Assembly (NCBI GenBank): GCA_046050965.1
Contig: JBJOPC010000339.1
Span: 1-26,485 of the forward strand
Direction of reading: 5' to 3'
DNA length: 26,485 bases
Source of the DNA: Verrucomicrobiota bacterium
GTDB taxonomy: Bacteria > Verrucomicrobiota > Verrucomicrobiia > Limisphaerales > JAFMIX01
The notes beneath the pieces are model-generated. The model saw only the letters and a list, made by a program, of their open reading frames with translations, made no database searches and was not told where the DNA came from. Each line of letters begins with the position of its first letter. Within the stretch, counting starts at the first letter, position 1. The position numbers and the translations under genes were made by a program. Positions 9,998 through 18,177 of the stretch are shown here, in pieces.

Positions 9998-10158
9998 CCA
10001 CAGATGGACACAGATGAAACACTGATAAGACCTCCGCAGATTGCACAGATTAACGCAGATTTTCTTTGAGATTTAATCTGCGTGAATCCGCGAAATCTGT
10101 GGACAAAATCTTCCCTCATCTGTGTTTCATCTGTGTTTCATCTGTGTCCATCTGTGGC
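9997..10158. mobile_element. MITE-like palindromic element, copy A (162 bp) with TIR GCCACAGATGGACACAGATGAAACA and TA flanks; inserted between the ABC ATPase stop and the permease start
   Basis: The left arm gccacagatggacacagatgaaaca ... cgcagat pairs with the right arm ...atctgcg... tgtttcatctgtgtttcatctgtgtccatctgtggc. CATCTGTG words recur with a 10-11 bp period. The element is flanked by TA on both sides; the left TA plus the first G of the element forms the TAG stop codon. Confidence 0.55.
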
Positions 10159-10170
10159 TAAATTTGTTTT

Positions 10171-11316
10171 GTGAACGTCCCGACTTTCATTTTGAAAAAC
10201 GCGCTGCGCAACAAGCGGCGGCTGCTGCTCTCGGTGTTGAGCGTGGCGGCGAGCATGTTTCTGCTCGTGGCGCTGATGGTGGCGTTGCGCGAGATGACGA
10301 TGCCGCCGGAAGCACTCGGCGCGGCGTTGCGCGTGGCGGTGCGAAATAAAATTTCCATCACCATGCCGCTGCCTGCGCGGCAGAAAGCCATCATCGAACG
10401 CATCCCCGGCGTGGAAGCCATCACGCCGTTCTCATGGTTCGGCGGCAAATATAAAAACGAGGGCGCGATGTCCTTCGCGCAGTTCGCGGTGGAGCCGGAG
10501 GGGATGCGGAAACTTTTCGTTGAATCCAAAATGCCGTCCACGCAACAAAGCGCGTTCGCCAAGGAAAAAACGGGCTGCATCCTCGGCAAAGTCACGGCGG
10601 AAAAATATGGGTTGAAAGTCGGCGATAAATTCCAACTCGAAAGCACGGTGTATCCGGTAACGATGGCGTTCAAAGTCGTCGGGATTTATTACGGCACGCC
10701 GGACGATCGTAATATGTATTTCCGGCAGGATTACCTCGACGACAGCATCGGTAAACCCGGCGTGGTCGGGATGTGGTGGATTAAAGTCAAATCGCCGGAG
10801 GATATGCAACCAGTCGTCGCGGCCATCAACGCGAAGTTCGCCAACACGTCGGCGGAAGTGCGGGCGGAAAGTGAGCGGGCGTTCCAACTCGGTTTCATTT
10901 CGATGTGGGGCAACATCAAAATTCTCGTCACTTCGATTTGCAGCGTGGTGGTGTTCACACTGGTGCTGGTGAGCGCGAGCACGATGAGCATGGCTATCCG
11001 CGAACGGTTCCGCGAACTGGCGATTCTCAAGGCGATCGGTTTTCAGCGGCGCGAATTGTTCGTGTTCATCCTCGCGGAAAGTTTTGCGCTGGCGGTGGCG
11101 GGCGGCGCGCTGGGCATCGGCGCAGCATATCTGGCGTTCACCTACTCGGACGTGCCGCGCTGGACGCACCAGATTTTTCTCTCGCTGGAAGTGACGCCCA
11201 AAATCATCGGGGTGGCGTCGCTGGTGGCGGTGGCACTGGGCATCATCGCGAGCATTGCGCCGGGGCTGGCGGTCGCGCGCATGAGCGTGGTGAGTGGGTT
11301 GAAGACGTTGGACTAG
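10171..11316 (+). CDS. ABC transporter permease, FtsX-like (LolC/E / MacB family)
   Basis: GTG start is the only start after the in-frame TAA at 10159. The N-terminus ILKNALRNKRRLLLSVLSVA is a typical FtsX-permease start. Multiple TM segments. Confidence 0.75.
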   Translation: MNVPTFILKNALRNKRRLLLSVLSVAASMFLLVALMVALREMTMPPEALGAALRVAVRNKISITMPLPARQKAIIERIPGVEAITPFSWFGGKYKNEGAMSFAQFAVEPEGMRKLFVESKMPSTQQSAFAKEKTGCILGKVTAEKYGLKVGDKFQLESTVYPVTMAFKVVGIYYGTPDDRNMYFRQDYLDDSIGKPGVVGMWWIKVKSPEDMQPVVAAINAKFANTSAEVRAESERAFQLGFISMWGNIKILVTSICSVVVFTLVLVSASTMSMAIRERFRELAILKAIGFQRRELFVFILAESFALAVAGGALGIGAAYLAFTYSDVPRWTHQIFLSLEVTPKIIGVASLVAVALGIIASIAPGLAVARMSVVSGLKTLD

Positions 11317-11327
11317 GTAGGCCTTGC

Positions 11328-12776
11328 TCACCACTCGTAATGCACGGTGTAGGTCACGGTCGTTTCGCCGTCGGCGGACACCGGCACGTTGAACTCGATG
11401 GTCTGCGCGTCTTTCTTCGTGAACTCCGCAGACTTGGCCGTGATTTTCCAGCCGCTCCAGCGATACAGATGCTCGACGACGCGCATCGTCACGGGTTCTT
11501 TTTTGCGATTGCGCAGTTTGATTTCAAACGTCTCGTTCATCACTTTCGCGTCCGTGTCCACGCGGAAGTTGGTTTGCTTGCGTTCGCCCACGAGGTCGAA
11601 GGCGTGGCCGGTGCTCACGCGCACGGTCTCGTTGCGCGGCGTGTGGTCAATGCGATCTTCGCCGGTGAACTCCAGTTGGCCGCCGTCGTTGCTGCGATAG
11701 AAACGCAGCTTGCCGGCGGGCAACGCGATGCCGAGATGGTTCGTCTCTGCGTTCACAAACTCGCGCATGACGGTGACTTTTTTGTTGCCCGTTTCTGCAC
11801 CGTAACCACGGTCGTTATTCACGCCGCCGTAAAAACCCATACCCGCCGCGCCATCGTAAATGTAAATGGCCGGAGCTTTCACGCGCTCGGCGCGGACGAA
11901 CTCGACTTGCTTCGTCTCGCGGTCGCGTAGCGTCGTGGGTCGCGCCACTGAGTAGAGATGAAATTCGTCGAAGGATTTTTCAGTGACGGCGGGTTCGGCG
12001 GCGGCGTCCCTGTCCATGCTCAAGGTTGTGATTCTGCGCGCGCGCATTGCGCCCATCGGCATATGCGGCTGCATCTTCTGCACATCGCCCGCCATTAGTT
12101 TTATTTTCGCGTCGCGGAACGTCGTGCCGCTCTGATTATTCACCGTCACCCAGCCCAGCACGTCCACGAAATCACCCGTCTCCGGCGCGACGAGATTGTA
12201 GTCCGCTTCCCAACTGAATCCGCCCGTGACGTAGCCGACTTCCGCGTTCACCTTACCCGCGTCCGGCGATTTGAGGAGCCAGTTGAACGCTGGTTTCAAG
12301 ATCGTGTCATCGCCGAGACTGGGAAACAGTGGTTGTCCCGGCAGTGTGAACTGCAACTTGCCGCCGACCTCAATGATGGGCTGCTCATTGCCGCCGCCGG
12401 GAACGAAACCGCTGCGGATAATTTTGCCGGGAATAATTTCGCGCACGGTCGTGTTGTTGTTCAGCCGCTCGTTTTGAAAATCAATCGTCTTGCCCTCGTT
12501 CAACGACAGCAACAGCTCCTGCGACACCGGGTCGTTGCGGTAATTCTGCTCGAGGATTTGCAACGCGCGCTTGCCCGCCGCGTCGCGCAGGATGACGGAG
12601 TCTGGCTCGACATGCGCCGTCGCACCCGCGAACCGCACCTCGTTCACACCCGCCTTCAAGTCGAGCGCCACCGTGTCGCGCACCACGGCGAAGTTCTGAT
12701 TGTAAATCGTGAGCGACGGCTGCGCAGCCGCCGCGAGTGCGACACCGAACGTGAGGAGTGAGGCGAGAGTTTTCAT
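11328..12776 (-). CDS. DUF4140/DUF4139-domain protein (MuiA-like family), secreted
   Basis: Signal peptide MKTLASLLTFGVALAAAAQP. N-terminal SLTIYNQNFAVVRD pattern and C-terminal ...TVTYTVHYEW, typical of DUF4139-family proteins (recollection). Confidence 0.5.
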   Translation of the reverse strand: MKTLASLLTFGVALAAAAQPSLTIYNQNFAVVRDTVALDLKAGVNEVRFAGATAHVEPDSVILRDAAGKRALQILEQNYRNDPVSQELLLSLNEGKTIDFQNERLNNNTTVREIIPGKIIRSGFVPGGGNEQPIIEVGGKLQFTLPGQPLFPSLGDDTILKPAFNWLLKSPDAGKVNAEVGYVTGGFSWEADYNLVAPETGDFVDVLGWVTVNNQSGTTFRDAKIKLMAGDVQKMQPHMPMGAMRARRITTLSMDRDAAAEPAVTEKSFDEFHLYSVARPTTLRDRETKQVEFVRAERVKAPAIYIYDGAAGMGFYGGVNNDRGYGAETGNKKVTVMREFVNAETNHLGIALPAGKLRFYRSNDGGQLEFTGEDRIDHTPRNETVRVSTGHAFDLVGERKQTNFRVDTDAKVMNETFEIKLRNRKKEPVTMRVVEHLYRWSGWKITAKSAEFTKKDAQTIEFNVPVSADGETTVTYTVHYEW

Positions 12777-12850
12777 AATTTTTTTGCGGGACAGGGATTT
12801 TGTATCCGAACCATTCGACGGAAGCGCGGAAAAAATGCTCCCGGAATTTT

Positions 12851-12917
12851 ATCCGCAGATTTCGCAGATGGCCGCAGATTAAAAACTCATCTGCGAAAAT
12901 CTGCGAAATCTGCGGAT
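12851..12917. repeat. 67-bp perfect-armed palindrome built from CGCAGAT words (core-only relative of the MITE-like family), between the pdxA stop and the downstream minus-strand gene
   Basis: atccgcagatttcgcagat (left) is the exact reverse complement of atctgcgaaatctgcggat (right). Inner gcagatt / aatctgc words match the central part of copy A. Confidence 0.5.
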
Positions 12918-12922
12918 GCAGT

Positions 12923-13927
12923 TCAGGCTTGCGCTGCCAGTCGCCGCGCCAGATTCAGCGCAGCAATCATGCTCGACGGACTCGCCACGCCGCGCCCCGC
13001 GATGTCGTAAGCCGTGCCGTGATCCGGCGAGGTGCGGACGAACGGCAGGCCGAGCGTCCAGTTGATGCCTTGCTCGAAGCCAATCATCTTCAGCGGCGCG
13101 AGGCCTTGGTCGTGATACATCGCCACCACGGCGTCGAAGTCGCCGCGAAACGCTTGGTAAAACAAAGTGTCCGCCGCGAGCGGGCCGACGAGGTCCACGC
13201 CGGTTTTTTTCAGCGCGCGGCAAACGGGCGCGATGAGTTTGATTTCTTCCGTGCCGATTTTTCCATCCTCGCCCGCGTGCGGGTTGAGGCCGCAGACGCC
13301 GACGTGGGCGCGTGGCAGACCAAGGTCGCGGCAAGCTTGCGCGGCGAGCGTGATGGCGAGGCGGATGTTTTGCGCCGTCAAACTTTGCGCGACGCGGCGA
13401 ATGGGAACGTGCGTGGTGGCGAGGGCGACACGGAGCCAGCGACCACGGTCGTCGCAGCCGAGCAGCATCATGGCGGTGCGCCGGGTGCGCGCGAGCTGCG
13501 AGAGAAATTCCGTTTGGCCGACGAAATTTTTTTGACCGCTGCGGATGATGGCGGCTTTGTTGACGGGCGCGGTGACGAGGGCGGAAAGTTTTTTCTGGAG
13601 GCAAAGTTTCGCGCCGAGTTCGAGCGCGGCCATGGCGGCGCGGGCGGCAGCGGGTGAGCCTTGGGAAATTTTCTCCGGCAACGCGGCGGCCCACGGCTGG
13701 ATGACTTGCAATTTTTTACGGCTGGCCCAACCGGAGAATTTTTCCAGCGGAAGTTTCAGCCGCAGTTGTTCGTTGAGTTGCTGGAGTTGGCGGAAATCGC
13801 CGAGCAGAATGTAGCGCGTGGCGTCGGTGCGTTTGCGCGCGGCGAGGGCTTGGAGACTGATTTCCGGGCCGATGCCGGTGGGGTCGCCGGTGGCGAGGCC
13901 GAGGGGCGGGGAGATGTGAGAGTTCAT
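12923..13927 (-). CDS. pdxA: 4-hydroxythreonine-4-phosphate dehydrogenase
   Basis: 334 aa with PdxA family signatures (GDPTGIGPEI, ...HVPIRRV..., GLNPHAGE, ...MYHDQGL...). Classic position downstream of surA. Confidence 0.85.
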   Translation of the reverse strand: MNSHISPPLGLATGDPTGIGPEISLQALAARKRTDATRYILLGDFRQLQQLNEQLRLKLPLEKFSGWASRKKLQVIQPWAAALPEKISQGSPAAARAAMAALELGAKLCLQKKLSALVTAPVNKAAIIRSGQKNFVGQTEFLSQLARTRRTAMMLLGCDDRGRWLRVALATTHVPIRRVAQSLTAQNIRLAITLAAQACRDLGLPRAHVGVCGLNPHAGEDGKIGTEEIKLIAPVCRALKKTGVDLVGPLAADTLFYQAFRGDFDAVVAMYHDQGLAPLKMIGFEQGINWTLGLPFVRTSPDHGTAYDIAGRGVASPSSMIAALNLARRLAAQA

Positions 13928-13984
13928 GGTTGATAGCTCGATGAGACTCGCGCGGTGGCTGACAATCGCAGTCGGTTTTTCCGG

Positions 13985-14019
13985 CTATCAACTATCAACT
14001 CTGAACTATCAACTGGTCA
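13985..14019. repeat. Heptanucleotide tandem repeat (CTATCAA)x4 with one degenerate unit, in the surA-pdxA intergenic region; an inverted copy TTGATAG is at 13930-13936
   Basis: ctatcaa ctatcaa ctctgaa ctatcaa ctggtca is read directly. It begins at the surA stop and lies 50 bp upstream of the pdxA ATG. Confidence 0.6.
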
Positions 14020-14979
14020 GAAGTAGCGCACGAAGGTTTTCTTTTTCAGGCGGTCAATCCATTCTTTCTGCGCTTTGCTGCGGTCTTGGGCGAGGACGTT
14101 TTTCTCCACGACATCGCGGACTTCGCTCAAGGGCAGTTGGCGCGCGGCGTGCACGTCTTCGATGAGCAAGACGTAGCAGGCTTCGGGCGTTTCGATGGGT
14201 TGGCTGTGTTCGCCTTTGCCGAGTTTGAAGGCGGCGTCGGCGAGTTCGGCGCGGAGCACTTTGCGCTGCACCCAGCCCCAGTCGCCGCCGCGTTCGCGTT
14301 GGGAACCAGTGGAATAAATCGCGGCCATTTCGCTGAAGGTTGCGCCGTCTTTGAGTTTGGAAATGATTTCGTCAGCCAGTTTTTTGCGCGCTTCGGCGGT
14401 GCTGGCGGCGGTGGTGTCGAGGACGATCATGCGGAGTTTCACTTCTTCCTCGGCCTTGAATTCGCTGGCGTGGGCGTTGTAGAAGTCCTCGATTTTTTTC
14501 GGCGAAGCGATGGACGCGCCGTAAATAAATTTGGCGGTCATGCCGTCAATGATGAGTCCTTCGCGGATGCGTTCGCGGAATTCGTCGTAGGTCATGTGCT
14601 CGGCCTTGAGCGTTTTGGTGAGCGTGGCGCGGTCGCCGAAACGTTCGCGGGATTGCTTGCGAACTTCTTCTTCGATGACGTTCTCGGGCATCTGATAACC
14701 GGCGGACTTGAACTCGTGGATGATCAACTCGCGCGTGACGAGTGCTTCGAGGGAATCGCTAATCGTCTGCTGAACTTTTTCCTGAAAGACGGAGGGCTGG
14801 AGCGCATATTGGCGGCGCAGCAATTCCACGCTGCGCGCGGCGGTGGCTTCGACCTGCTGGTAGGTGATGATCTTGTCGCCGACAAGGGCTTTGACGCCGT
14901 TGGCGAGTTCGGCGCGCGCGGGCGCGATGAACGGGACGACGAGGGCGGCGGCGAGTGGGAGGCAGCGTGAAAATCTCAT
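14017..14979 (-). CDS. surA: SurA-like periplasmic peptidyl-prolyl cis-trans isomerase (parvulin domain)
   Basis: Signal peptide. Parvulin-type motif GGDWGWVQRKVL...F. The surA-pdxA gene order is conserved. Confidence 0.65.
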   Translation of the reverse strand: MRFSRCLPLAAALVVPFIAPARAELANGVKALVGDKIITYQQVEATAARSVELLRRQYALQPSVFQEKVQQTISDSLEALVTRELIIHEFKSAGYQMPENVIEEEVRKQSRERFGDRATLTKTLKAEHMTYDEFRERIREGLIIDGMTAKFIYGASIASPKKIEDFYNAHASEFKAEEEVKLRMIVLDTTAASTAEARKKLADEIISKLKDGATFSEMAAIYSTGSQRERGGDWGWVQRKVLRAELADAAFKLGKGEHSQPIETPEACYVLLIEDVHAARQLPLSEVRDVVEKNVLAQDRSKAQKEWIDRLKKKTFVRYF

Positions 14980-15102
14980 GCGATTGCCGCCAAGCGTAGG
15001 TGACGCGGGCGTTGGTGGTCAAGCGCGCCGCAGCCGCCGAGGAATGCGTGAGTGAAAACACACGCGTGCGCGAGTGCAAGCGGACGCGCTACAAATGCGA
15101 GC

Positions 15103-15130
15103 TTGCAATCTTTCCGACCTTGGCTACTTT
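15103..15130 (+). promoter_or_regulatory. Putative promoter for tRNA-Gly (TTGCAA, 16 nt spacer, TACTTT)
   Basis: Read directly, 18 nt upstream of the mature tRNA 5' end. Confidence 0.3.
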
Positions 15131-15147
15131 TTCCGCGCTTTACGGAG

Positions 15148-15223
15148 GCGAGCGTAGCTCAGTTGGTAGAGCATCTCGTTGCCAACGAGAATGTCGAGGG
15201 TTCGAATCCCTTCGCTCGCTCCA
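15148..15223 (+). tRNA. tRNA-Gly (anticodon GCC), CCA encoded
   Basis: Folded by hand. Acceptor GCGAGCG/CGCTCGC, D-arm GCTC-AGTTGGTA-GAGC, anticodon stem TCTCG/CGAGA with loop TTGCCAA, T-arm GAGGG-TTCGAAT-CCCTT, discriminator T and CCA. Confidence 0.85.
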
Positions 15224-15686
15224 TTTTCCCCGGCATTTTCAGATAGCTCTCACGCGAAGATTGCCACAGACGCAAAGGTTTTCCAGAAATCCGATTTTTC
15301 TTTGCGCCCTTCGCGCGCTTTGCGTGAGGGAAAACCATCTTCCGCTTCAACTCTTTTGGCCTGCTCCTGTGGACGTTACGCGGCAGCCCATTGACGGTTC
15401 GCCAGACCGTGAGAGTATCGCTCCGCAGCAGCCGAAGTCTGGCTTCCTTCCAGAAGTCAGACGCGGGAGACCCAAAATCCCCAGCAATGGGGACGGGGCG
15501 CACGAAGTCAGGCAACTGATTTCAAGGCCACTTTCAAGGCCAAGCCCGACAGCTAATCTCGCAGGCATTTGGAAGGGCGAGCCTCTGACCTGCGAAGTCC
15601 GCAGTCTTCAAGTTCACCCCAACAGTAACGCGTCGCGTTGGTAGCGACGGTCATAGACCGCCGCTACAGCGCGACCACAACGGAGA

Positions 15687-17486
15687 ATGGGTATGAAAAC
15701 AAACATGGTCATGTTGGCAGTCGGTGAACTCGGTCTGCACGTCGGTTGGTTCTGGTGGCTCACGGGCTTCGTCGCGCTCGTATTGCTCTCCAGTCTGGTG
15801 CTGATTCGCGAACGGCAGGTGGGCATCGTGGTGAAACGCTTCGGCTCGCGTTCGCTCGCGCCCGGACACCTCATCGCGCTTGGCGGCGAAGCAGGTTTGC
15901 AAGCGGACACCCTCGCGCCCGGTTTGCACTTCGGTTATTGGCCGTGGCAATTCCGCGTCATCAAAGTTCCCGTCACCGTCGTCGAGCAAGGGGAAATTGC
16001 GCTCGTCATGGCGGCGGACGGCGCGGCGATGCCATCCGAACACATCCTCGGCAAACGCGTAGAGTGCGACGACTTCCAAGACGCGCGCAAATTCCTCGCG
16101 GGCGGCGGCGAGAAAGGACGCCAACTCGGCATCCTCACCGCTGGCACATACCGCATCAACACCTCGCAATTCACCATCATCACGTCGGCGACGGCGCACG
16201 CGCACGGCATGATGCCGGAGCAATTGCTGTTGCATCGCGTGGAGTCCGACATGGTGGGCGTTGTCACCACGCTCGACGGCCAGCCGATTCCCGCCGGTGA
16301 AATCGCCGGGCCGACCGTCACCGCACACGACAGCTTCCAGAACGCGCAGGCGTTTCTCGACGGCGGTGGCAGCCGTGGCTTGCAGGAGCAAATCCTGTTG
16401 TCCGGCGCGTGGAATTTGAATCCGTGGTTCGTGCAGGTGGAGCAAGTCCCGATGGTGCAGATTCCCATCGGCTATGTCGGCGTCGTCATTTCGTTCGTCG
16501 GCAAGGCGCACGAAGACGTCAGTGGCGCGGACTTCAAACACGGCGACCTCGTCAACGCCGGTCACAAAGGCGTGTGGGTCACGCCGCTGTATCCCGGCAA
16601 ACATCCGCTCAACACGCGCGTGATGAAAGTTGAACTCGTGCCGACCACGAACATCGTGCTCAACTGGGCGAATCGCACCGAGGCGCATAATTATGACTCG
16701 AAATTGCAATCCATCACCGTGCGTTCGCGCGACGGATTTGCGTTCAACCTCGACGTGTCGCAGATCATCCACGTCGGCGCGCTCGATGCGCCGAAGGTAA
16801 TTTCCCGCGTCGGCTCGATGCAAAATCTCGTGGATCACGTTTTGCAACCGACCGTCGGAAATTATTTCCGCAACTCCGCGCAAGACTTCACCGTGCTCGA
16901 CTTCCTCGGCGCACGTAGCCAACGGCAAGTCGAAGCGGCGGCGCATATCCGCGAAGCCATCGGCGCGTATGACGTGCAAGCGATTGACACACTCATCGGC
17001 GACATCAATCCGCCCGCCGAACTGATGACCACGCAAACCGATCGCAAGATTGCCGAGGAACAGCGCAAGACGTTCGAGGTGCAGGAAGCCGCGCAGATTC
17101 AGCGGCAACAACTCGTGCGCCAGACCTCGCTCGCCGACATCCAACAACAAGTCGTCGGCGCAGAACAAGGCGTGAACATTGCCGAGTTGAAAGCCAACGC
17201 CAGTGTGAAACACGCGACCGGCGAAGCTGAAGCCACGCGCCTCCGCGCCCTCGGCGAGGCCGAAGCCATCCGCGCTACCGGTGATGCCAAAGCGCAGGCC
17301 TATCGCGCGGGCGTCGAGTCCATCGGCACGCAGGGCTACACCGTCATGCAGCTCATGCAAATCATCGGCGAGCGCAACGTCCGTATCGTCCCCGACGTTT
17401 CCGTGACCGGCCAAGCCGGCGGCAATGGAATCGTGGACGGCTTGCTCGGCGTGATGCTAAAAGAACAAACTAAAAAAGCTGCGTGA
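15687..17486 (+). CDS. Flotillin-like SPFH/band-7 membrane protein (FloT/YqiK-like)
   Basis: N-terminal TM helix, then an SPFH start ERQVGIVVKRFG. C-terminal alanine/glutamate-rich coiled-coil repeats (ATGEAEATRLRALGEAEAIRATGDAKAQAYRAG). About 600 aa, as for bacterial flotillins. Confidence 0.7.
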   Translation: MGMKTNMVMLAVGELGLHVGWFWWLTGFVALVLLSSLVLIRERQVGIVVKRFGSRSLAPGHLIALGGEAGLQADTLAPGLHFGYWPWQFRVIKVPVTVVEQGEIALVMAADGAAMPSEHILGKRVECDDFQDARKFLAGGGEKGRQLGILTAGTYRINTSQFTIITSATAHAHGMMPEQLLLHRVESDMVGVVTTLDGQPIPAGEIAGPTVTAHDSFQNAQAFLDGGGSRGLQEQILLSGAWNLNPWFVQVEQVPMVQIPIGYVGVVISFVGKAHEDVSGADFKHGDLVNAGHKGVWVTPLYPGKHPLNTRVMKVELVPTTNIVLNWANRTEAHNYDSKLQSITVRSRDGFAFNLDVSQIIHVGALDAPKVISRVGSMQNLVDHVLQPTVGNYFRNSAQDFTVLDFLGARSQRQVEAAAHIREAIGAYDVQAIDTLIGDINPPAELMTTQTDRKIAEEQRKTFEVQEAAQIQRQQLVRQTSLADIQQQVVGAEQGVNIAELKANASVKHATGEAEATRLRALGEAEAIRATGDAKAQAYRAGVESIGTQGYTVMQLMQIIGERNVRIVPDVSVTGQAGGNGIVDGLLGVMLKEQTKKAA

Positions 17487-17515
17487 CCTGCCAGCAACAA
17501 CCCTAATTAAAAATT

Positions 17516-17746
17516 ATGAACTCAAATTCCAAAACTTGTCCCGAGTGTGACTGCCCAAATCTTTATTCGACTATTACTGGTTCGGGCGTCAGCCGCGGAC
17601 TGGTGGCGCTGCCGGAACTGGGCGGTTTATTTCGAGCCGCCAGAATGCGAGTCATCGTTTGCGCCGATTGCGGACTGACTCGTTTTTACGCCGACCCGGA
17701 TGCGCGTGAAAAATTACCGACCTCCAACCGCTGGCAACGCCTATGA
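17516..17746 (+). CDS. Small zinc-ribbon protein (CPECDC ... CADCG)
   Basis: 76 aa with two C-x2-C pairs. Its stop overlaps the next start (ATGA). Confidence 0.4.
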   Translation: MNSNSKTCPECDCPNLYSTITGSGVSRGLVALPELGGLFRAARMRVIVCADCGLTRFYADPDAREKLPTSNRWQRL

Positions 17747-18174
17747 AAAATTACCAACACACCCAAAGCAGCCCGCTCATCGTTGGCATCACGGTCGGAA
17801 CGTTTTTCATTCTGTTTGCGCTCGGCGTGTTTGTGCTGAAGCCATTCCTCATTACTTCGCCGCTCCTATTGATCGCGGGCTGGCTATTTCACTCGCTGAC
17901 GATTGAGATTACCGACCGCGAACTCCGTTGGCATTTTGGCATCGGCCTCATCCGCAAACGCGTTGCCCTCGCCGACATCGCGAGCGTGAAAATTGTCCGC
18001 ACGAATTTCTGCGAAGGTTGGGGCATCCACTGGAGTCGCTTCGGCTGGCTTTACAACGTCTCCGGCTACGACGCCATCGCCGTCACGCTGCACAGCGGCA
18101 AGCGCTTCGCCCTCGGCACGGATGAACCTCAAGTTCTCGCCGCGCAACTCAATCAAACTCTTCAGCAAGGTTAA
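17743..18174 (+). CDS. Membrane protein with two N-terminal TM helices and a C-terminal bacterial PH-like (bPH/YdbS-like) domain
   Basis: The hydrophobic N-terminus and the domain assignment are by pattern only. The gene is translationally coupled to the upstream gene. Confidence 0.4.
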   Translation: MKNYQHTQSSPLIVGITVGTFFILFALGVFVLKPFLITSPLLLIAGWLFHSLTIEITDRELRWHFGIGLIRKRVALADIASVKIVRTNFCEGWGIHWSRFGWLYNVSGYDAIAVTLHSGKRFALGTDEPQVLAAQLNQTLQQG

Positions 18175-18177
18175 CCT

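Noticed and set aside
10432-11334. 300-aa minus-strand ORF
   Set aside because: It is antisense to the FtsX permease gene, with an His/Arg-rich nonsense-like translation.
12879-13694. 271-aa minus-strand ORF in an alternative frame
   Set aside because: It overlaps pdxA, which has clear family signatures in the other frame, and has an Arg/Pro-rich low-complexity translation.
15434-15462. SRP-RNA-like GGAAGGAAGC motif (reverse strand) in the tRNA-Gly downstream leader
   Set aside because: The motif sits in the loop of a simple hairpin. The surrounding sequence lacks the conserved helix-8 context and 4.5S-like flanks, so it is probably coincidental.
15148-15686. tRNA-Gly as an integration site for a genomic island
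   Set aside because: There is no integrase, no direct repeat of the tRNA 3' end and no compositional shift downstream. The downstream genes look like ordinary chromosomal membrane functions.
15651-17414. 587-aa ORF on the minus strand
   Set aside because: It is antisense to the well-supported flotillin gene, with a low-complexity Arg/Gly/Asp-rich translation and no homology.
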